Assembly: GCA_964505185.1 (NCBI GenBank)
Contig: CAZDGM010000001.1
Coordinates: 263,734-327,733 of the forward strand
Length of the DNA stretch: 64,000 nt
Reading direction: 5' to 3'
From: an uncultured Thermodesulfobacteriota bacterium
Lineage (GTDB): Bacteria > Desulfobacterota > JBBIRW01
Made by a program: the position numbers and the translations under genes. Numbering within the stretch: position 1 is the first letter of the stretch; the number at the start of each line of letters is the position of its first letter. This document shows, in pieces, positions 58,507 to 64,000 of the stretch. A model generated the notes under the pieces. That model did no database searches and had not been told where the DNA came from. It worked only from the letters and a program-made list of their open reading frames with translations.

Positions 58507-58879
58507 AGGATATTATGTCATATTCGCCATGTTTTCCCGGACATATGTAGATATAGGGATTACCCCAGGGATCTTTTGGAATTCTATCTATGTATCCTTC
58601 CTCCCTGTATCTTGGCGGAATGGGCGAGACTGTGGGTTTTTTAACAAGTGCCTCAAGACCCTGTTCTGTGGTTGGATAGAAGCCATTGTCCAGCTTAAAG
58701 AGATCAAGGGCCTGCTGGAAGTTTCTTATCTGTATCTTTGCCTTTGTTCTTCTTGCCTCTTCAGGTCTTCCCATAAGTTTTGGAACAACAATGGATGCAA
58801 GTATTCCAAGGATGATTATGACAATCATTAATTCTATGAGTGTAAAGCCCTTTGATTGTTTCAGGTTTTTTATGGACAT
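58439..58879 (-). CDS. gspG: Type II secretion major pseudopilin GspG
   Basis: [28 protein letters not shown] and the PKDPWGNPY signature. Confidence 0.9.
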   Translation of the reverse strand: MSIKNLKQSKGFTLIELMIVIIILGILASIVVPKLMGRPEEARRTKAKIQIRNFQQALDLFKLDNGFYPTTEQGLEALVKKPTVSPIPPRYREEGYIDRIPKDPWGNPYIYICPGKHGEYDIISYGADGEPGGEGKNADIESWNLE

Positions 58880-58891
58880 TTAGACCTCCGA

Positions 58892-60112
58892 TCATTTAAT
58901 AATGAGATTTGCCTGAAATAAAGGCAGAAGTATTGAAAAAACAACAAAGGCAACAATAGCTCCCATAAACAGGATCATAACTGGCTCAAGAAGTGAAGTC
59001 AGTCTTGAAATGTTCATCTCCATTTCATTTTCATAAGCATCAGATATCTTAAAAAGCATACTTTCAAGTTCACCTGTTTGCTCACCAATGGCTATCATCT
59101 GTGAAACCATTGGTGGAAATAGTCCACTTTGCCTTAGAGGTGCTGAAAGAGTGCCACCCTCTTTTATATGCTCCTTTGCGATTTCCATAGCTTTTGAAAG
59201 AAGTGTGTTTGTTGTAACAGATCTGGCAATATCGATAGCGGTAAGAAGGGGAACGCCACTGGATATAAGTGTTGCCAGCGTTCTCATAATCCTCGATATG
59301 GATGCGATCCTTACCAGCCTTCCAAAAACAGGAAGTTTCAGTGAGATCCTGTCATATAAAGCCCTCCCCTTTTCTGTCCTTATATATCTTTTTGTAATTA
59401 TAATTGAAATTATCAGCAATACTGCAAAAATCCACCACAGTTTAACTGTTATATGGGAAAAACCTATCAGGATACGTGTAGGAAGAGGAAGTGCGGTCCC
59501 CATATCTTCAAATATCCTTGTAATCTTCGGTATAACTGATGTCATCAGGAAGATGAGTATACCTGTCCCGACGATGAGCATAAGGATGGGATAGGCAAGC
59601 GCAGCCCTTATTCTGTTTCTTATTTTTCCCTGATTTTCGAGAAACTCTGCAAGTCTGAGAAGAACACTGTCAAGTGTACCGCTGGACTCTCCAGACCTTA
59701 TCATATTTACATATACATCCGAAAATACCTTTGGATATTCTTTTAAGGCATCTGCAAGTGAAACACCCTCAGTGACCCTTGTTCTTACATGAGATATAAC
59801 CTTCTTCAGGTAATTATTTTCTGTTTGTTCAATAAGGGAATGAAGGCTTTCAGAGAGGGGAACGCCCGAAGAGAGAAGTGTTGCAAGCTGTCTCGTCATA
59901 ATCGCTCTGTCCTCAAGTGTTACAGGAAAAAGAAATTCCCGAATACTGGATGCTGTTGAAAGTTTTTGCGTAACCTTTGGCTCAGAGATCTCAGTAAGAT
60001 AGATTCCCTTTTCTCTCAGGCGTTGCCTTACTTTCCTCTGATTATCAGCCTCTATGATACCTTTTACCTCTTTCCCCTTTATATCAATACCTCTATATTC
60101 ATAAATTGGCAT
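58892..60112 (-). CDS. gspF: Type II secretion inner-membrane platform protein GspF
   Basis: 406 aa. Duplicated GspF/PilC domain with 3 TM helices. Confidence 0.85.
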   Translation of the reverse strand: MPIYEYRGIDIKGKEVKGIIEADNQRKVRQRLREKGIYLTEISEPKVTQKLSTASSIREFLFPVTLEDRAIMTRQLATLLSSGVPLSESLHSLIEQTENNYLKKVISHVRTRVTEGVSLADALKEYPKVFSDVYVNMIRSGESSGTLDSVLLRLAEFLENQGKIRNRIRAALAYPILMLIVGTGILIFLMTSVIPKITRIFEDMGTALPLPTRILIGFSHITVKLWWIFAVLLIISIIITKRYIRTEKGRALYDRISLKLPVFGRLVRIASISRIMRTLATLISSGVPLLTAIDIARSVTTNTLLSKAMEIAKEHIKEGGTLSAPLRQSGLFPPMVSQMIAIGEQTGELESMLFKISDAYENEMEMNISRLTSLLEPVMILFMGAIVAFVVFSILLPLFQANLIIK

Positions 60113-60120
60113 ATCCCATC

Positions 60121-61422
60121 CTACTTTTCTAATATAATCTTCAATGGTGTTGTTCCGGCTGTAAAAGGAGACCCTGTAACCTGTGAAAAGTCAGAGGCTT
60201 TAAGAATGCTAAAGTTATTGGAGTTTGAATTCACAGCATAGATATGCTGCTTTGAAGAGAGATATAAAACGCCTTCTGGACCATTTCCCACGGAAACAGG
60301 TGTCCCTGGGATTGGTAAGAAGGTTGTTGCATCAAGAACTGTGAGAAGATTTGCTGAAGAGTTTGTTATGTAAATTCTGTTATTATCCTGATCGTATTCA
60401 GCTGCTGCAGGACTGGATCCCGCATTATACGGTGAATTCGGAAGCTCGGTAAGTGTTGATGCATCATAAACTGTTATGTTATTGCTCCCTCTATTAGAAA
60501 TAATTATTCTGTTTTTAGACTGTATATATAAAACATGGGAAGGGCTGTCTCCTGCCGGGAATGGGGATCCTGAGACAAAGTCTGGAGGGTCATTAATCGT
60601 GCTCAATACACTCATGTTATCGCTATATTCATTTGCAATATATATCCTTTTTTTAATTCCGTCATATGCAATAGATACGGGACCTGATCCATCAAGGCTC
60701 TTTGGTGACCACGATAGTTTGGTAAGTGTTTCCGCATCAAATGCGGAAATATTATTACTTTCCTTATTTACTACATAGATCCTATTTCTATCTGGATCAT
60801 AGGCAACATCGTAAGGGGATAGCCCGCCAGTTAAAATTGGTGAGCTTCCTATCGGTGTAAATGATGATCCATCAAGGATTGAAAGATTGTTGCTCTCTGT
60901 ATTGGCGATATATATCCTGTTATTGTTTATATCAAAGCAGATCCCCCTCGGAGAATTTATTCCATTTCCTATGGGAAATGGGGAGCCCGGGATCTGGATC
61001 ATGGATTCTGTATCAAAAACAGTAAGATCATTGCTATTACTATTTGTAATCAATATATACCTCGTTGCTTTAAATGTTAACTGATTGCTTTCTCTACTGT
61101 CTACGATTACCTTTACCATATTATCTCCGGGAGATACGGATGTAGGAACGCTGATTGTTATAGTTGTATTAGACCAGCTTAATGCAATACCCGCATTTAT
61201 TCCCCCTATGGAGACAATGCTTGATCCCTGAGATGCGCCGAATCCGGACCCATTTATTGTTATCTTTATACCAGGCGCACCTGATGAGGGATCTATGGAA
61301 TTAATAATAGGTGTTGATATCCCGACTGAAAGATTTACATCACCACATGCAAAAAAAGAGATTATTAATAGAAATGGAGCAAGGGGGGATAGGCGATTTC
61401 TTCTGAAAGTTCTAATTAGCAT
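60121..61422 (-). CDS. Lipoprotein with N-terminal IPT/TIG domain and a YVTN-type beta-propeller (6-7 blades), encoded inside the gsp operon
   Basis: Signal peptide plus lipobox-like SFFAC. IPT/TIG-like PIINSIDPSSGAPGIKITINGSGF...VKVIV. Repeated NRIY(I/V)xNxxSNN(I/L)S(V/I)(L/F)D blades. Confidence 0.65.
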   Translation of the reverse strand: MLIRTFRRNRLSPLAPFLLIISFFACGDVNLSVGISTPIINSIDPSSGAPGIKITINGSGFGASQGSSIVSIGGINAGIALSWSNTTITISVPTSVSPGDNMVKVIVDSRESNQLTFKATRYILITNSNSNDLTVFDTESMIQIPGSPFPIGNGINSPRGICFDINNNRIYIANTESNNLSILDGSSFTPIGSSPILTGGLSPYDVAYDPDRNRIYVVNKESNNISAFDAETLTKLSWSPKSLDGSGPVSIAYDGIKKRIYIANEYSDNMSVLSTINDPPDFVSGSPFPAGDSPSHVLYIQSKNRIIISNRGSNNITVYDASTLTELPNSPYNAGSSPAAAEYDQDNNRIYITNSSANLLTVLDATTFLPIPGTPVSVGNGPEGVLYLSSKQHIYAVNSNSNNFSILKASDFSQVTGSPFTAGTTPLKIILEK

Positions 61423-61462
61423 CCGATCTCTTCCCTCTCATCAGGATTTTCGGAAAGATGAT

Positions 61463-63175
61463 TTAGAGAAATGCCTCTTCCTGTGTTACACGAAATACCT
61501 CTTCGGCAGAGGTTATACCTTCAAGAACCTTTCTTCCTCCATCCTTTCTGAGCCCAACCATCCCTTTTGAGATGGCCTCCCTCCTTATCGTTGATGAATC
61601 AACCCCCCTTTTTATGAGATTTCTAATATCCTCATCCACTATCAGAAGTTCGTAGATTCCTGTTCTTCCCCAGTATCCTGTATTCATACACTTCTTGCAT
61701 CCGGATGCCCTGTACACTACTGTCTCCTTATCATGAGGGATCTCATCAGATAGCTCAAGTTCCTTCAATAATTCGGGTGAAGCCCTGTAAGGGATTTTGC
61801 ATTCGTTACAGAGTATTCTGACGAGCCTCTGCGCGAGGACAGCACGCAGGGATGATGCAACCAGATAGGGCTCAATCCCCATATCGAGGAGTCTTGTTAC
61901 AGCTCCTGCAGAGTCATTTGTATGGAGTGTGCTGAATACAAGGTGTCCTGTAAGTGATGCCTGGATCGCAATTTCGGCTGTCTCCCTGTCCCTTATCTCT
62001 CCAACAAGGATTACATCGGGATCCTGGCGGAGTATGGATCGGAGTCCCGCTGCAAAGGTAAGATCAATTTTTGGATTCACCTGCATCTGTCCGATACCGG
62101 TTAGTTGATACTCGATAGGATCTTCGATTGTTATGATGTTTTTTTCTGTTGTGTTTATCCTTGTAAGTGCAGCATAAAGTGTTGTTGTTTTTCCGCTACC
62201 TGTTGGTCCTGTAACAAGTATTATCCCATTAGAAAGGCTTATGAATTTGAGCAGCTTTCTCAGTGTATCAGGACCCATACCGAGTTCCTCAAGTTTGAGA
62301 AGAACCCGGCCTTTATCAAGGAGTCTCATCACTATCCTTTCTCCATGAATGGTCGGGATTATGGATACCCTTATATCAATATCGCGAGATGCTATTTTTA
62401 TCCTTATTCTCCCATCCTGAGGGAGGCGTTTTTCAGCAATGTTGAGACCCGCCATTATCTTTATCCTTGAGGATATGGATGGATGAAATCTTTTTGGCGG
62501 TGATACAATATCATATAGAAGCCCGTCAATCCTGAATCTCACAACAAGCTGCCTTTCGTAAGGTTCTATATGTATGTCTGTTGCTCTCTGTCTTACAGCC
62601 TGGTATAGGAGGCTGTTTACAAATCTTATGATTGGGGCTTCGTCATCCGCTTCAAGAAGATCCTTTGGTTCCTCCATTTCGTGTGCGATGATGCCAAGAT
62701 CAACACCGTTGAGCTCTTCCATTACAGTGACAGACCCCTCGGAAAGCTTTTCATATGCATTGTTTATTGCTGCATTGAGTTTTGCAGGTATGGTTAGAAT
62801 AGGAACAATGTCACTTTTAAAAATAAGTTTCAGATCGTCCAATACCTCATCATTCAGTGGATCAGAGATAAATACCTCTATTGCTCCATTTTTTTTCCTT
62901 ACGGGAAGGATAAGATGCTTTCTTGCATAGGATATGGGGATTGTCCTTATAAGGGGAGGCTCTATCTCTTCAATGTAGATCTCCTCCCTGTATTTCATAT
63001 CCCATTGAATGGACAGCGCCCTGTAGACCTCTTCCTCCGTACAGTAATTCATTTCGCAGAGTATCTCACCAATCCTGCCACCCTTTTCCTTCTGGATGGA
63101 TAGTGCCTCTGAGATTTTCAAGGGATCGATTGAGAATTTTTCAACGAGGATTTCTCCAAGAAGTTTTCTCTTCAT
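61463..63175 (-). CDS. gspE: Type II secretion ATPase GspE with tandem MshEN-type (c-di-GMP-binding) N-terminal motifs
   Basis: Walker A GPTGSGKTTT. Asp box, His box and tetra-Cys CKKC motifs. N-terminal LLGEILVEKFSIDPLKISEALSIQ and RIGEILCEMNYCTEEEVYRALSIQ. Confidence 0.9.
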   Translation of the reverse strand: MKRKLLGEILVEKFSIDPLKISEALSIQKEKGGRIGEILCEMNYCTEEEVYRALSIQWDMKYREEIYIEEIEPPLIRTIPISYARKHLILPVRKKNGAIEVFISDPLNDEVLDDLKLIFKSDIVPILTIPAKLNAAINNAYEKLSEGSVTVMEELNGVDLGIIAHEMEEPKDLLEADDEAPIIRFVNSLLYQAVRQRATDIHIEPYERQLVVRFRIDGLLYDIVSPPKRFHPSISSRIKIMAGLNIAEKRLPQDGRIRIKIASRDIDIRVSIIPTIHGERIVMRLLDKGRVLLKLEELGMGPDTLRKLLKFISLSNGIILVTGPTGSGKTTTLYAALTRINTTEKNIITIEDPIEYQLTGIGQMQVNPKIDLTFAAGLRSILRQDPDVILVGEIRDRETAEIAIQASLTGHLVFSTLHTNDSAGAVTRLLDMGIEPYLVASSLRAVLAQRLVRILCNECKIPYRASPELLKELELSDEIPHDKETVVYRASGCKKCMNTGYWGRTGIYELLIVDEDIRNLIKRGVDSSTIRREAISKGMVGLRKDGGRKVLEGITSAEEVFRVTQEEAFL

Positions 63176-64000
63176 TTTTTCCCGGGCTCCTCACCACTTC
63201 TGGTTTCCTCAGGTATGATAATGACCTTTCTTTTCGGTATACCCTCCTTCTTGAGAAACTCCTCCATAGCCTTCTCTTTGCCCTTTGATATTTCCTCTAT
63301 ATCTTTTTGCTCCTTGATTATGTGAGGGGTAAGAAATATAAGGAGGTTGGTCTTGCTCGTTGTCTGGGATTGATAACTAAAAAGCCATTTAATAATGGGA
63401 ATATCGCCCAGTATGGGAACCTTTGTTTCGTTTATTATCCTGTCATCCTTTATTAAGCCTCCTATAACAACTGTCTGCCCATTTTTTGCAACTATGCTAC
63501 TTTTTGCTGATCTCTTTGAGATAGTTGGTCCAACAAGGTTTGGGTCAAGTCCTGCAACCTGTGCAAGGGCAGAGATCTCCTGATATATATTGAGCTTTAT
63601 AAATTCACTTTCACTTATCTGTGGTGTTATACGAAGTGTAATGCCAACATCCCTTCTGTCAACAGTTGCTATGAGTGCGAGCCCGGTTGTATCCCTCTGC
63701 TGACTCACGATGAATGGAACATTCTGTCCAACAACGATCTCGGCTTCCTTGTTATCTGATGTGAGTATGTGCGGATTTGAGAGTATATTTACTCTTGAGT
63801 CAGCCTGAACAGCCCTGAGTATCACATTGAGTGCAGAAGTCTGTATAACCGTTCCATCAGGAAGTGTTATCTTTATAGGATCAAAGATACCAACTGTTGT
63901 AAGTCCTGAACCTGTTAGAGTAGGTAATGTTCCTGCTGTGATTGATGCAAGAAATGATGCAAGATTTCCCGGGGGAGGAACCAGATTCGTTCCACCACCT
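63172..64000 (-). CDS. gspD: Type II secretion secretin GspD (C-terminal secretin domain; N-terminus beyond window end)
   Basis: VPILGDIPIIKWLFSYQSQTTSKTNLLIFLTPHII secretin motif. The reading frame is open to the window edge. The stop overlaps gspE start. Confidence 0.85.
   Translation of the reverse strand, partial: GGGTNLVPPPGNLASFLASITAGTLPTLTGSGLTTVGIFDPIKITLPDGTVIQTSALNVILRAVQADSRVNILSNPHILTSDNKEAEIVVGQNVPFIVSQQRDTTGLALIATVDRRDVGITLRITPQISESEFIKLNIYQEISALAQVAGLDPNLVGPTISKRSAKSSIVAKNGQTVVIGGLIKDDRIINETKVPILGDIPIIKWLFSYQSQTTSKTNLLIFLTPHIIKEQKDIEEISKGKEKAMEEFLKKEGIPKRKVIIIPEETRSGEEPGKK

Noticed and set aside
58259-58831. 190-aa plus-strand ORF
   Set aside because: It is antisense to gspG/gspH, whose pseudopilin signatures are unambiguous.
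59088-59594. 168-aa plus-strand ORF
   Set aside because: It is antisense to gspF.

Overview
This window is about 40% GC, densely coding (around 90%) bacterial chromosome with no transposases, integrases, CRISPR arrays or tRNAs that I could find, so the interest lies in unusual gene fusions and operon contexts. Main blocks, left to right:
(1) An RNA-repair/manganese module. rtcA is partial on the minus strand and divergent from rtcB. rtcB is followed by a COG0523 (CobW-type, GCxCC) GTPase fused to an archease domain, then an NRAMP (MntH) transporter fused to a UspA domain.
(2) A long minus-strand respiratory supercluster: sco, coxA, coxC, coxD, coxB, a polytopic membrane protein with a C-terminal monohaem cytochrome c, then alternative complex III actA-B-C-D-F. 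The ActB homologue has a twin-arginine (Tat) signal.
(3) An O2/ROS-defence cluster: doxX, type-II NADH dehydrogenase, a rubredoxin missed by the ORF track, hemerythrin, bacterioferritin, and an Fe/Mn SOD. It is followed by a decayed PurM-like pseudogene.
(4) Miscellaneous genes: macro-domain protein, CsgG-like lipoprotein, M20 peptidase, radical-SAM SPL-like protein, CaCA-like exchanger, TPR protein, RlpA-SPOR.
(5) A tungsten-type aldehyde:ferredoxin oxidoreductase operon (aorA/B/C-like), an ADP-forming acyl-CoA synthetase, and a second SPL-like radical SAM. These sit next to nth, a REC-PAS-Ser/Thr kinase, nfo, a GltS-FMN-like protein and an MscS channel.
(6) An RNA/regulation patch: DksA/TraR-like protein, RRM protein, a nitrilase-superfamily (C-N hydrolase) protein translationally overlapped with an RNase III catalytic-domain-only protein, and a PilZ–Zn-ribbon–AAA+–HTH regulator lacking GAFTGA.
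(7) An FabI-like reductase with a PrpB/ICL-family lyase, an α/β hydrolase, ccdA, a nitroreductase and a class-II aldolase-like protein.
(8) A stand-alone 5S rRNA gene with its own sigma70-like promoter. It abuts, convergently, the end of a type II secretion operon (gspD-E-[IPT/β-propeller lipoprotein]-F-G-H-I-K-L-M). The secretin gene gspD runs off the window.
All calls come from reading the translated ORFs and the DNA by eye; no database searches were run.
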